A program made the translations under genes and the position numbers. A DNA stretch of 62,977 nt, filler included. It is 7 parts of 7 records of this genome, joined end to end, with 100 filler letters (N's around TTAATTAATTAA, not from the genome) between each part and the next. Parts side by side here need not be neighbours in the genome. Positions count along the whole stretch, not along the records: positions 1 to 20,125 come from SRR31156797_17953; 6 more parts are not named here. The stretch is one strand, 5' to 3'. Below the pieces are notes generated by a model. It had not been told where the DNA came from, did no database searches, and saw only the letters and a program-made list of their open reading frames with translations. Positions 10,252 to 20,125 of this stretch are shown here, one piece after another (within the stretch, counting starts at the first letter, position 1; every line of letters starts with the position of its first letter).

Positions 10252-11220
10252 ATGAAACGAATTCTCGTGTTGCACACTGGCGGCACCATCGCCATGAAAG
10301 AAGATACCCTGACAGGCGGCGTCAGCCCCGATGTCAGCAATCCGCTGATGGATGCACCGATCCACATTGATGACGATGTTGAATTGATCGTCGAAGACAT
10401 TTTTAATATTCCCAGCCCTCATATGACGCCAAAAGAAATGCTGCAGCTGAAAGAACGTATCCAGCTGGCGCATTTAAGCGGTGTCGATGGGGTCGTGATC
10501 ACTCACGGAACCGATACGCTGGAAGAAACGGCCTTCTTTTTAGATACCACGATCGGCGGTCAGTTACCGATCGTGGTGACTGGTGCCATGCGCTCAAGTA
10601 ATGAAATCGGCAGTGACGGGCTTTATAACTTTGAAAGTGCGATTCGGGTCGCCAAGTCCCCCGATGCCATAGGAAAAGGTGTCTTAGTCGTCATGAACGA
10701 TGAGATCCATTCCGCACGTTATGTTACGAAAACCCACACCACCAATATTGCGACGTTCCGCACCCCGACATTAGGTCCGATCGGCTTAGTCACAAAGCAC
10801 CGAATCTTGTTTATGCAAGAGCTGTTAAATAACCGCCATTTGGATGTTGATCGTGTCGATGGTTTGTTTCCGATCGTCAAAGCCTATGCTGGGATGACCG
10901 GGGAATTGTTCGATGCTTTAGCCGACTCGCTGATCGATGGACTAGTGATCGAAGCTTTAGGCGCTGGCAATCTGCCGCCTCAAACCATTGAGCCTTTGAA
11001 AAAACTGATCGCTAGAAACATTCCGGTCGTCTTAGTTTCTCGCTGCTTCAACGGAGTTGCCGAGCCGGTCTATGACTACTTAGGCGGCGGGATCGAATTG
11101 CAAGCTCTTGGGGTGATTTTCTGCAATAGCATCAATAGCCAAAAAGCCCGCATCAAATTGTTGATAGCGAAAAACCGTGGGTTGACCATGGATGAGCTTC
11201 CTGATTTCATGGAGAATTGA
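10252..11220 (+). CDS. L-asparaginase
   Basis: HTGGTIAM, HGTDTLEE, TGAMR and GAGN. Confidence 0.95.
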   Translation: MKRILVLHTGGTIAMKEDTLTGGVSPDVSNPLMDAPIHIDDDVELIVEDIFNIPSPHMTPKEMLQLKERIQLAHLSGVDGVVITHGTDTLEETAFFLDTTIGGQLPIVVTGAMRSSNEIGSDGLYNFESAIRVAKSPDAIGKGVLVVMNDEIHSARYVTKTHTTNIATFRTPTLGPIGLVTKHRILFMQELLNNRHLDVDRVDGLFPIVKAYAGMTGELFDALADSLIDGLVIEALGAGNLPPQTIEPLKKLIARNIPVVLVSRCFNGVAEPVYDYLGGGIELQALGVIFCNSINSQKARIKLLIAKNRGLTMDELPDFMEN

Positions 11221-11229
11221 CCAAACAAA

Positions 11230-11267
11230 AACCCTTTTGCCATTCCGTTAACGGAGGCAAAAGGGTT
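11230..11267. terminator. bidirectional terminator
   Basis: AACCCTTTTGCC/GGCAAAAGGGTT stem between convergent genes. Confidence 0.75.
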
Positions 11268-11270
11268 GTT

Positions 11271-12029
11271 TTATTTTTCTCGCCAAGTAAAGATGGCTTC
11301 GCAGTAAGTATCCTCACCGATCTTGATCTCGTGGATCGTTTGCAGCGGCACAGCCTCGCCGGCTTCATCGACTGTCTTTTCATTGATTTGAAAATGGCTT
11401 TCGATCAAATGGCCGTAAGCAACTTCCCGATCAAAGCGGATCGTCACTTGTGTCACTTCATGTTTTGTTAAAAACTCATAGCCTAAGACGTCCATCAGCC
11501 AATTGAAATACATGGCGTTGTTGACATGCTGATTGCTATCGATATCGTAGAAACGCACCCGATACGGCAAAAATTGTCCTTGCGTGATAGTGGTGATCTT
11601 CGGATAGCGTTTGATTCGCTTAATTTTTTCACTGCCAAAAGGTACCACGATCTCATCCGGAACACTGCTGACTTTGCGCGTCTCCGGGTCCATCAACGCA
11701 AAAACCGCTTCGATTTTGACCAATTCCGTTCCGTCTTCTGCCAATAACCAAAAGTAACGGTAGCAGAAAAACTTATTGTATTCTCTCGCCTGGGTCGCCA
11801 CTTGGATCTGCTCCCCTACGCGCGGCAAACGAGTTACCGTTATATGATAGCTGGTAATGATCCAGGTCAAGCCATAACTAGCGATGACTTCCGGTCCGCG
11901 GTTTAACGCCGCACTTTGTTCTTCTGATGTCTTGATGGCAATGCCTAGCATGGCTGGAAACGTCATCGTTTGGTTGACATCACATTCATAATACGCCACT
12001 TCATGCGTGGTTTGATACTTTGCTGCCAT
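11271..12029 (-). CDS. acyl-ACP thioesterase
   Basis: Double hotdog fold; RVRFYDIDSNQHVNNAMY. Confidence 0.92.
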   Translation of the reverse strand: MAAKYQTTHEVAYYECDVNQTMTFPAMLGIAIKTSEEQSAALNRGPEVIASYGLTWIITSYHITVTRLPRVGEQIQVATQAREYNKFFCYRYFWLLAEDGTELVKIEAVFALMDPETRKVSSVPDEIVVPFGSEKIKRIKRYPKITTITQGQFLPYRVRFYDIDSNQHVNNAMYFNWLMDVLGYEFLTKHEVTQVTIRFDREVAYGHLIESHFQINEKTVDEAGEAVPLQTIHEIKIGEDTYCEAIFTWREK

Positions 12030-12044
12030 AGTTCTAATTGCCTC

Positions 12045-12875
12045 CTAAAAACGACTCAATATTTCATCGACAGTTGGTCCATAACTTTCGCCAAATTGAT
12101 TCAAATGGACCAATAAATAATACAATTGATACACTGGCAGTCGCTCTTTCCAATTCTCATCTAATGGATAGACTTCTTGATAGCCTTCCAAAAATTCCTG
12201 ACGAAAACCGCCGAAAAGCTGGGACATCGCAATATCCATTTCTCGATCCCCATAGGCGACTGCCGGATCAAGAAACACTGGTTCTCCTTGTTGATCGAAC
12301 AGCACATTCCCCCGCCAAAAATCACCGTGTAATAAAGCAGGTGTGACGCTGCGATCACGCCAATTCTCATGCAAAAATTCTTTCAAACGCAGATAAGCGG
12401 CTTCCCGTTTGGCATGCCAGTGATTACCCAGCTTCGCTAATTCGACTTGCACATCCAAACGGCAGACTGTGTAAAAATCAAGCCAATCGGTGGTTTTCGG
12501 ATTGACTTGCGGCAAAAAGCCGATGTAATTGTCTTCGTAAAAACCAAAAGACTCCTGCGTCTGCTGATGAAGCCGAGCCAAGCATTGGCCTAAGCGCCGC
12601 TGCTGTCCTTCCCCACTATCGATCCATTCCATCAATAAAAATGCCCCCACTTCGGTCTGACCGAGGCGTTCGATTTTTGGCACCCGCACGAAAGGGGCTA
12701 ATTCAGCTAAGCCATTGATTTCTGCTTGAAAGAACACCGATGAAACATGAGGATGGATCTTTAAAAAATAGCGATTTTCTGCTGTCGTGAAACGATACGT
12801 TTGATTGACATCCCCACCACTGATGGGTGTCAGCGAGCCGGGCATCCCGATTGCTGCGAACAATGCTTCCTCCAT
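12045..12875 (-). CDS. fructosamine kinase family protein
   Basis: SGGDVN, LLHGDFWRGN and DPAVAYGDREMDIAM..LFGGF. Confidence 0.93.
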   Translation of the reverse strand: MEEALFAAIGMPGSLTPISGGDVNQTYRFTTAENRYFLKIHPHVSSVFFQAEINGLAELAPFVRVPKIERLGQTEVGAFLLMEWIDSGEGQQRRLGQCLARLHQQTQESFGFYEDNYIGFLPQVNPKTTDWLDFYTVCRLDVQVELAKLGNHWHAKREAAYLRLKEFLHENWRDRSVTPALLHGDFWRGNVLFDQQGEPVFLDPAVAYGDREMDIAMSQLFGGFRQEFLEGYQEVYPLDENWKERLPVYQLYYLLVHLNQFGESYGPTVDEILSRF

Positions 12876-12891
12876 ACGGATCTCCCTTTCT

Positions 12892-13671
12892 TTACTCAGT
12901 CAGTTGGGCAGTCAAATACGCTTGTTCCTCTTTCGTCACCCCTAGTCCTTGCAGGAGATACTGATCGACCGAACCGAAATACTGATCGATCGCAGCCAAA
13001 CTTTCCTCAAGAAAACTCTCTTTGGCACTCATCAAAACCGTAATCGCCGTTAACAGCTCTTGCGGCAAATGCTGGGTCATTGGGGCAAATTTTTCTTTTA
13101 GCATTGGGGCTAAATAGCGATTGGTCGCTAAATAATCTTCTTTGATCGTCGCTGGTGCCACAGCCAACACATGCAGCAATAAAAAGGCGCCAAAGCCTGT
13201 GCGATCTTTGCCCGCGGTACAGTGGAACAAGGTTGCTCCTTTACCTTCCGCATTGTCGATCACATGATCAAAGAACTGCCGATATTGTTGGCGGGCATAG
13301 TCGCTTTCAACAAAGTGACGGTAGACTTTTTTCATCTGCTCTTCGGCATCTTCCCCATCTTCCAAGCGCTGCTTCAAGCTTTCTGGCGACAAGGAAACCA
13401 TCGTTTCGTCTTCTTTGAAAATAGGTAAAAAAAGCTGCTTTGCTGTGGCGATCGGTCGATCAGGCTGTGCATTGGCTTCAGCGATGGAGCGAAAATCAAT
13501 GACCTGATTGACCCCATAGTTTGCCAGTACTGCTTGATCTGAAGCAGTCAATTCATTGATCGCCGCACTGCGGATCAATTTTTTTCGTTTGATCGTCGTG
13601 CCGTTTTTCGTTTGATAGCCGCCAAGTTCTCTGACGTTTGCCGCTCGTTCTAGTTGAATCAATTGTGTCAT
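12892..13671 (-). CDS. protein-tyrosine phosphatase (Y_phosphatase3/IphP-like)
   Basis: NVRELGGY, IDFRS and the P-loop HCTAGKDRTG. Confidence 0.92.
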   Translation of the reverse strand: MTQLIQLERAANVRELGGYQTKNGTTIKRKKLIRSAAINELTASDQAVLANYGVNQVIDFRSIAEANAQPDRPIATAKQLFLPIFKEDETMVSLSPESLKQRLEDGEDAEEQMKKVYRHFVESDYARQQYRQFFDHVIDNAEGKGATLFHCTAGKDRTGFGAFLLLHVLAVAPATIKEDYLATNRYLAPMLKEKFAPMTQHLPQELLTAITVLMSAKESFLEESLAAIDQYFGSVDQYLLQGLGVTKEEQAYLTAQLTE

Positions 13672-13772
13672 TGCTTATCCCTCCCGCGATGTTCTAGTTA
13701 AAAGTATAGCAGAAACTTCGCTATTAAGGGCACTGAAACCTAGATTTTTCTACAAGCTGAGCTTTAACGGAC

Positions 13773-13804
13773 AAAAAAAGAAAGACCACACGTAGTCTTT
13801 CTTT
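13773..13804 (-). terminator. intrinsic terminator after tcyP
   Basis: AAAGAAAGAC/GTCTTTCTTT stem with a T-tract. Confidence 0.65.
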
Positions 13805-13829
13805 GCTTTCGGTTATTATAAAACCTTTT

Positions 13830-15218
13830 CTACTCGGCTTCGATCACGGCCGCAGAATCATCTAAGATCGAACGATCCAGTTCGTTGATACGGCTGCTGG
13901 TCACCATTCCAGCAACCATACTGTCGCTGACATTAACAAGTGTCCGTGCCATATCGATCAATGGTTCAACGGAAATAACTAAGCCTACGATGGCGATCGG
14001 CAAATTCATTGATCCTAAGACGATCAATGAAGCAAAAGTTGCGCCACCGCCGACACCGGCAACGCCGAATGAGCTGATTGTAACAACGGCAACTAACAGC
14101 AGGATAAACTGCCAATCAAAGACATTGATTCCAACCGTTGGTGCAACGATCGTTGCCAACATCGCTGGATAAACACCCGCACATCCGTTTTGACCAATCG
14201 ATAAACCAAAGCTGCCTGCAAAGTTAGCCGTGGCTTCATCAACACCTAACGCTTTGGTTTGGGTTTCGATGTTCAATGGCAAGGCACCGGCACTTGAACG
14301 AGAAGTAAAGGCGAAGCTCAAGACTGGAAAAGCCTTTTTGAAATACGTTACTGGATTGACCCGTACAGCGATCAGCAATAATGAATGAACGAGTAAGACC
14401 AAAATCAAAGCGGCATAAGAAGCGATGATAAATTTCCCTAAGTTCAAGATGGCTTCAAAATCACTTGAAGCTAATACGTTAGTCATCAATGCCAAAACCC
14501 CATAAGGTGTCAGGCGCAAAACTAACGTGACGATACGCATCACGATTTTATATAAGCTGTCCATCAAATTCGCAAAAGTTTCCGCTTCTTTCGGTGATTT
14601 GCGTTTGACACCAAGAAAGGCAATCCCAACAAAGGCTGAGAAAATCACGACACCGATCGTACTTGTCGAACGAGTACCAGCAAAGTCGGCGAAGACATTA
14701 CTTGGGATGAAAGAAACGATTTGTTGTGGGATCGATAGATCTTGGACTTGTGTCGAACGTTCCGCTAATTCTGCGATCCGCGCTGTTTCCGTTGCTCCTT
14801 CGGTAAAGCTGGCACCGTCAAGACCAAAGACCATGACCATCACGATCCCGATCAAGGCAGCGATCGCCGTTGTCCCTAGCAAAGTCGCAAGAACCGTAAA
14901 ACTGATCTTCTTGATTTTTTCGCTTTCTTTCATCTTGGTGAAAGCACCAACGATCGAAACGAAGATCAAGGGCATGATCAGCATTTGCAAGAGGACCACA
15001 TAGCCGCTACCGACCATCGTGATCCAGTCAAGAGCTTGCGTGACAACATCAGAGCCTGTCCCAAAAATCAGCTGTAGCACACCACCAAAAACGATCCCGA
15101 CGAACAACGCCGCAAAGACCCGCGTTGAAAACTTCAGGTGACGCTTTTGCAATAAGTAGAACCCATAAATAAGGGCAGCAAAAAGTAGAACAACAATAAT
15201 AGTTAACAGATTTGTCAT
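13830..15218 (-). CDS. tcyP: L-cystine:cation symporter (DAACS family)
   Basis: FTSRSSAGALP, SIGQNGCAGVYPAM, GVAGVGGGA and EPLIDMART. ATG at 15218 behind AGGAGG. Confidence 0.93.
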   Translation of the reverse strand: MTNLLTIIVVLLFAALIYGFYLLQKRHLKFSTRVFAALFVGIVFGGVLQLIFGTGSDVVTQALDWITMVGSGYVVLLQMLIMPLIFVSIVGAFTKMKESEKIKKISFTVLATLLGTTAIAALIGIVMVMVFGLDGASFTEGATETARIAELAERSTQVQDLSIPQQIVSFIPSNVFADFAGTRSTSTIGVVIFSAFVGIAFLGVKRKSPKEAETFANLMDSLYKIVMRIVTLVLRLTPYGVLALMTNVLASSDFEAILNLGKFIIASYAALILVLLVHSLLLIAVRVNPVTYFKKAFPVLSFAFTSRSSAGALPLNIETQTKALGVDEATANFAGSFGLSIGQNGCAGVYPAMLATIVAPTVGINVFDWQFILLLVAVVTISSFGVAGVGGGATFASLIVLGSMNLPIAIVGLVISVEPLIDMARTLVNVSDSMVAGMVTSSRINELDRSILDDSAAVIEAE

Positions 15219-15424
15219 TTGAATCCTCCTTTTGTTCAATAAACATGACAAAGTCTGTCAGAGGAAGTAAAGGTTCCCAGTGACCATTCTTCAACAGTTC
15301 ACTCTAATGAGACGTGTGGCATCATTAGTGACTATTCCATTTTAAAGAAGTTTGCTTCATCTTACAATAAATAAGTTCCCACTTTTCTGGGATGGTACCG
15401 CTTTTTTGTCAGTAAATAAAAAAA

Positions 15425-15494
15425 GAACCGTTGCCACACTCCCATGCTGCTAGGATTTCTGCTTTCCTAACAGTTAGATTGCGGCAACTGGTTC
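15425..15494. terminator. long hairpin / terminator after pepC
   Basis: GAACCGTTGCC...GGCAACTGGTTC outer stem, TAGGA/TCCTA inner stem and flanking A/T tracts. Confidence 0.6.
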
Positions 15495-15563
15495 GTTATT
15501 TTTTCATTTCGTCTTTTTGAAAAATTTCAGAAAATATTCAGGCAATCATTAGAAATTGCTGAC

Positions 15564-16892
15564 TTACGCCAAAGCGCCCATTGGATCCCAAGGTGCTAAG
15601 ACCGTTGGTTCTGCTTCAAAGGCAGCCAATTGTTCTGCTGTCAGGAATTCTTTGCGAACCACGATTTGATAGGTGTATTCATCCATCCATGCATCGCTCA
15701 TGACGAAGAAGCCATTCGTTCCGACTTTTTCACCCCAGCTGTTTTCGACTTTCCATTTGGTTGATTCGCCGTCGATCAAGTCAACGCCAGTCAAGACCAT
15801 CGCGTGGGTCATTAAGCTTTCGCCAAAATCTAAGCGTTCTGCTTTGGTCATCGTAAAGTCGATATCAAATAAGTCGTTGATATCATAGGCATCTAATGCC
15901 ATGATCCCAGTATCTCTGGTAGAAGATTGACCGACATCACAACCGAACCACACGGACTCTCCTTGTTCCAATTGAGCGATCGCTAATTTTTTGAAGGTCG
16001 GCATATCGACGTTCAAGTATTTGACTTCTTTGCCGCCAACCACGTTGCCTAGCATTTCTACGGTATACGATTGATTGTAAGGTTTGTCGGCAGTTGGTGC
16101 GTTGATGATACTGACATAATCGTCAAGGTCCACCCCGACATATTTTTCATAAAAGCTTTGTGGTGTTAAGTTGCGATCAATATGATAGTTTTTGTCTTCA
16201 TCACGGTATTCAAAATCAAAGGTTTCTGGCGGTGTGCCTAAAGAAGTCGCTAAGAAACGATAAATGTCTTCCAACATCGCTTCTTTGGCTGTTTGGATGT
16301 CTTCAGCTGTTTTGCCTTCTGCTACTAGCTGACGCAAAGCAACCGCATCTTTACGCAGTTTTTTGTTTAAGTAATTGTTTAGATCACGAGAATTAGAAGA
16401 GTTGCTGCTTTCTGGCATGACCGTTTTTGGCACGACACCATATTTTTGGAAAATCGAAACGATCATGTCCCATTGCCCACCATCTTGTTGTGGGGTTTGC
16501 AATAAGAAAGCAACTTTGCGACTTGTCAAAGGCTCGTTGGCAGTTGCTAAAATATTTTCATAGAAATAGTTGGCTTTTTCGTATTTGTCCCAAAAGAAGG
16601 TATGGTTTTGAGACAATTCAAATTCTTTTAAATTGAAATCATTCAACATCTTATGACGGAATGTATTCAATGCGGCAAACATCCAGCAGCGGCCTGATTG
16701 TTTTTGGTTTGAGACTTTCCCTGTTGTCACATCGACTGAGAAAACCGGGACATTGTTGACTTTTGCTGACACGTTTTCTGCAGAAGCGGTGATCCCATTT
16801 TTCACAACACTCCGTTGCAGTGCCGTTTGTTTATTATTGTCTTGATACGCTTGCGCAAAGGCAGCGGTGGTCTTTTTTGAAATTTCTGACAT
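15564..16892 (-). CDS. pepC: aminopeptidase C (bleomycin hydrolase family, C1B)
   Basis: NQKQSGRCWMFA, MTHAMVLTG, KVENSWG and PWDPMGALA. Confidence 0.97.
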   Translation of the reverse strand: MSEISKKTTAAFAQAYQDNNKQTALQRSVVKNGITASAENVSAKVNNVPVFSVDVTTGKVSNQKQSGRCWMFAALNTFRHKMLNDFNLKEFELSQNHTFFWDKYEKANYFYENILATANEPLTSRKVAFLLQTPQQDGGQWDMIVSIFQKYGVVPKTVMPESSNSSNSRDLNNYLNKKLRKDAVALRQLVAEGKTAEDIQTAKEAMLEDIYRFLATSLGTPPETFDFEYRDEDKNYHIDRNLTPQSFYEKYVGVDLDDYVSIINAPTADKPYNQSYTVEMLGNVVGGKEVKYLNVDMPTFKKLAIAQLEQGESVWFGCDVGQSSTRDTGIMALDAYDINDLFDIDFTMTKAERLDFGESLMTHAMVLTGVDLIDGESTKWKVENSWGEKVGTNGFFVMSDAWMDEYTYQIVVRKEFLTAEQLAAFEAEPTVLAPWDPMGALA

Positions 16893-16924
16893 ATTTCTTC
16901 ATCCTTTCACTTTCCGTTCCTTCC

Positions 16925-16970
16925 ATTTTACGCCTCTGCCTCTCAAATAACAACCTCTCAAATAACAACC
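16925..16970 (-). promoter_or_regulatory. pepC promoter containing a 15-bp tandem duplication
   Basis: -35 TTGTTA (16948-16953), 17-bp spacer, -10 TAAAAT (16925-16930). CCTCTCAAATAACAA occurs twice at 16939-16968. Confidence 0.6.
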
Positions 16971-17026
16971 GCTCCTAGAAAAATGAAAGGATCATCTTTC
17001 TAAGAGCGGTTGCTCGTATCAAGGAT

Positions 17027-18043
17027 TTAAAGGGTTAGCATCAAAAGCAAAAAGCCAAGTAAAACAAAGGATAGTCCTCGTTCAAATCGTGCATACAGGA
17101 AGCGGATCGGGCGACTAGCTAGCAAGATCGTCAGTAAAACACTGGCTAACACCAACGTCACAAAGCCTAATACCGACAGATTCAAGTCGGTGATGGCTAA
17201 TGCCCGCAAGCCCTTGATGAAGATCCCCTGTAAAAGATAGACCAGCAGTGTGTTTTTGCCCCACTTCGTAAAAAACAGGTGCTCTCTGGGCACGAGGCTC
17301 AGAAAACCGATGATCCCCATCAGCCCGATCACGAAAAAGACCGCACGCAAGGGACCGCCGAACAACGGGTAGCTCAAGTAATCGTCATAAGGCTTGGAAC
17401 CAAAAACCATGTACTTGTTCATCCCATGAAAAAACGCGATAAAGGTGTAGATGATCGGTAGGAAAAGCAAACTGATGGTTCGAATCTTTGGTTTCAATAA
17501 AAAGCGCATCTCATTTTTGGGAAAATAAAACCCGATAATGAAAAACGGCAAAAAGACAAAGGTCCGCTGCAAGGTCAACACTTGATTTAAAAACGGCACG
17601 TAGCCAGCAAAGATGCTCAAGCCAATACTCAGCAGGATCGCCTGCTTTTTGGACATTTTTTGAAAGATCAACAGCGAGAGCTGCCAAAAGAACATGCTAA
17701 GCAAAAACCAAAGTGCCCATTGCGGATTCAACAGTTGGATTTTTAGCGACTCCCGTAGACCGATCAACCAGTAATAGACGGTGTAAAACACCTGAAAGAA
17801 GACATAAGGCAGCAAGAACTTTTTCATCAACTCACGAAGCTTGTGTCCCTTCGTCAACGGTTTGGCAAAGTACCCAGCCAGAAAAACAAAAGCTGGCATG
17901 TGGAAAGTGAAGATAAAATAATATAGGTCATGATAAAACTTCTGATCGCCGATAAAAGGCTGCAGCAAGTGACTGAAGACGACCAAGATCATCAGTAAAA
18001 ATTTTGCATTATCAAAGTAAGCCGTTCTTTGCGATTGGCTCAT
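17027..18043 (-). CDS. acyltransferase family 3 membrane protein (YkrP-like O-acetyltransferase)
   Basis: RTAYFDNAK..LVVFSH, FHMPAFVFLAGYF, WFLLS and G.NTLLVYL. ATG at 18043 behind GAGGAGG. Confidence 0.88.
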   Translation of the reverse strand: MSQSQRTAYFDNAKFLLMILVVFSHLLQPFIGDQKFYHDLYYFIFTFHMPAFVFLAGYFAKPLTKGHKLRELMKKFLLPYVFFQVFYTVYYWLIGLRESLKIQLLNPQWALWFLLSMFFWQLSLLIFQKMSKKQAILLSIGLSIFAGYVPFLNQVLTLQRTFVFLPFFIIGFYFPKNEMRFLLKPKIRTISLLFLPIIYTFIAFFHGMNKYMVFGSKPYDDYLSYPLFGGPLRAVFFVIGLMGIIGFLSLVPREHLFFTKWGKNTLLVYLLQGIFIKGLRALAITDLNLSVLGFVTLVLASVLLTILLASRPIRFLYARFERGLSFVLLGFLLLMLTL

Positions 18044-18170
18044 AAAAAGTTCCTCCTCTAAGTTGTATCTGTCAAAGGATACCTGATCCATGAAACAGAA
18101 CTGTAACAAGCTATTTACTTTTTTCTAACGATTCTTGTTCATTTGATTACCAGTTGCTATTTTGTATAGT

Positions 18171-18193
18171 TTGTATTAATATATATAATACAA
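18171..18193 (+). promoter_or_regulatory. YtrA/GntR-type operator palindrome
   Basis: TTGTATTA-ATATATA-TAATACAA perfect 8-bp IR directly before the GntR RBS. Confidence 0.7.
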
Positions 18194-18207
18194 AGGAGCT
18201 GTTTTCG

Positions 18208-18597
18208 ATGATATTTGATATTCAAACCCAAAGCAACCAACCCATCTACCAGCAGTTGCGGGAACAGATCATTGTCGGTATCGCAAAAGGCGATTTGGCC
18301 GCTGGCGAATTGCTGCCATCCGTCCGTCAATTAGCCGAAGAGATCGGCATCAATACCATGACGATCTCAAAAGCCTACAATTCCCTCAAAGAAGAAGGCT
18401 TGTTAGTCACAGATCGCCGCAAAGGAACCGCCGTTGCCGCGCCACCACCGTTTACTTCCGGACAAGAAGCGGAGTATCGCCAAAACTTACAGCTACAGCT
18501 AGCAACCGCTCTCTTACACGGCAAAAGCAAGCAAGCGCTTTTAACGGATGTTCAACAACTTCTGGACCAATTTCCTGAAAGGAATGAATGCAAATGA
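18208..18597 (+). CDS. GntR family (YtrA subfamily) regulator
   Basis: PIYQQL, LPSVRQLA..IGINTMTISKAY and a short C-terminal domain. ATG behind AAGGAG. Confidence 0.93.
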   Translation: MIFDIQTQSNQPIYQQLREQIIVGIAKGDLAAGELLPSVRQLAEEIGINTMTISKAYNSLKEEGLLVTDRRKGTAVAAPPPFTSGQEAEYRQNLQLQLATALLHGKSKQALLTDVQQLLDQFPERNECK

Positions 18598-19982
18598 CTT
18601 ATCTTTTTTTCATTATTGCCCTCGTCCTCTGTGGGACGACCGCATTTGGTTTACGCTTGATCAGTAAACCCCACAAAAATGTTTTACTCGAAAATACCCT
18701 TGCCCCTGAGCATCTGGATGATCCTAGCGTCCACAGCTTGATCACAGAATTTCGCAAGCGTATCTTACAAGTCGTTGGTACATTTAGTGTAGCAAGTCTC
18801 CTTTTTTTGTTCAATTTATCTGACTCCATCATCCTTACCCTGTTCTGGCTTTATATGGCCGCTTTGCTGGGGACAGCTTACTTGGTGCAAGTACATTACA
18901 TCGGAAAAATGCGGCAATTGATCCTTACCAATGGATGGGAACTACCCATCGATCCGATTCGGATCGATACGAAACTCGTTCAAACCAAAAATAAGCGGAT
19001 GCTGCCGTGGTATAGCCTCGTTCCTGCGGGGATTTTGTTGATGATCAGTTTGTACCAAGCATGGCAGTTGCCTGATCTTTCTACAGGATACTTGATGGGC
19101 GGTGTCTCCTTAGCAATTTTTGCGCTGTTCCTCTATCTCTGGGTGATCATCAGCCGCTTACCCGTTCGCGGGATCAGCGGTGATTCAGCTATCGACCAGC
19201 ACATCAATGATTTAACAAAGCGCTATTGGTCCTTATTGATCGCTGTCACTTGTACCATTACACTGCTCTTATTGACTGTCCCGCTGGCGTCCATGTCCGC
19301 CACTGGAGCATTCAGTACTATCCTCTTAGTGCTCTTTGTTGTTTTGGTGGTTTTCTTGATCGTCTTTACCTTCTTCTTGTTGCTAGATCTGCGTAAAAAA
19401 CAAGATCAGCTCTTAGAACCGGCAGCACAACCGCGCTATTATGGCGAAGATGCTTACTGGCGATATGGTTTTTACATCAATCCTAATGATGCGCGACTGT
19501 TCGTTCCTGACCGTGTTGGGATGAATATCGGCATCAATTTAGGCAAACGCAGCGGACAAATCGTCGCAGGCATCACCGCTGTCTTCTTACTTGTGTTAAT
19601 GGTCGGTACCATCATTCCAATGTACCGCTTAGATTTCGCTCCTGATGCGATCACCGGTGAAGTGCAAGGACAAGAAGTCACCTTTGATGCACCAATGACC
19701 GGGAAAACAACGGTCTCTTTGGCAGATATAGAAACGGTGGAATTGATCGAAGCTTTGCCATCGCCTCGTGTTCGTACCATGGGTGTAGGAACCGCCAGTT
19801 ACCAAATCGGTCAGTTTACCGTTGCCGGTGAGCCTGCCAGAATGTTCGTCGACACAAAGGTGACGCCCATTTTAAAAGTCACTACTAACGATGGCCCAAT
19901 CGTTTTTTACACAAATAAAAAAGCCGCCGAAACGACGGATTTATACGAGGAACTAGTACAGAAGATTTCCTCAGCGGAGTGA
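18588..19982 (+). CDS. membrane protein with DUF5808 and bacterial PH domain
   Basis: Multiple TM helices, YWRYGFYINPNDARLFVPDRVGMNIGINLG (DUF5808) and a C-terminal RTMGVG PH-like domain; coupled to the GntR gene. Confidence 0.75.
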   Translation: MQMTYLFFIIALVLCGTTAFGLRLISKPHKNVLLENTLAPEHLDDPSVHSLITEFRKRILQVVGTFSVASLLFLFNLSDSIILTLFWLYMAALLGTAYLVQVHYIGKMRQLILTNGWELPIDPIRIDTKLVQTKNKRMLPWYSLVPAGILLMISLYQAWQLPDLSTGYLMGGVSLAIFALFLYLWVIISRLPVRGISGDSAIDQHINDLTKRYWSLLIAVTCTITLLLLTVPLASMSATGAFSTILLVLFVVLVVFLIVFTFFLLLDLRKKQDQLLEPAAQPRYYGEDAYWRYGFYINPNDARLFVPDRVGMNIGINLGKRSGQIVAGITAVFLLVLMVGTIIPMYRLDFAPDAITGEVQGQEVTFDAPMTGKTTVSLADIETVELIEALPSPRVRTMGVGTASYQIGQFTVAGEPARMFVDTKVTPILKVTTNDGPIVFYTNKKAAETTDLYEELVQKISSAE

Positions 19983-20059
19983 GTGTTCTGGAAAAAAACT
20001 GGGGAACCCATTATCCCCAGGCTATCCACAACCAACAAAAGAACGGACTCTTTCCAACA

Positions 20060-20092
20060 AAAAAACGACCTTCCGAAACGAAGGTCGTTTTT
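20060..20092. terminator. terminator downstream of tRNA-Asn (bidirectional)
   Basis: AAAAACGACCTTC/GAAGGTCGTTTTT stem. Confidence 0.8.
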
Positions 20093-20096
20093 GATA

Positions 20097-20125
20097 CTCC
20101 GGCAGTAGGACTCGAACCTACGACA
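20097..20125 (-). tRNA. tRNA-Asn, 3' fragment (cut by contig end)
   Basis: GTAGG-TTCGAGT-CCTAC T-arm, acceptor TGCCGGA and G discriminator. The anticodon is not visible; identity is inferred from the acceptor stem. Confidence 0.75.
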
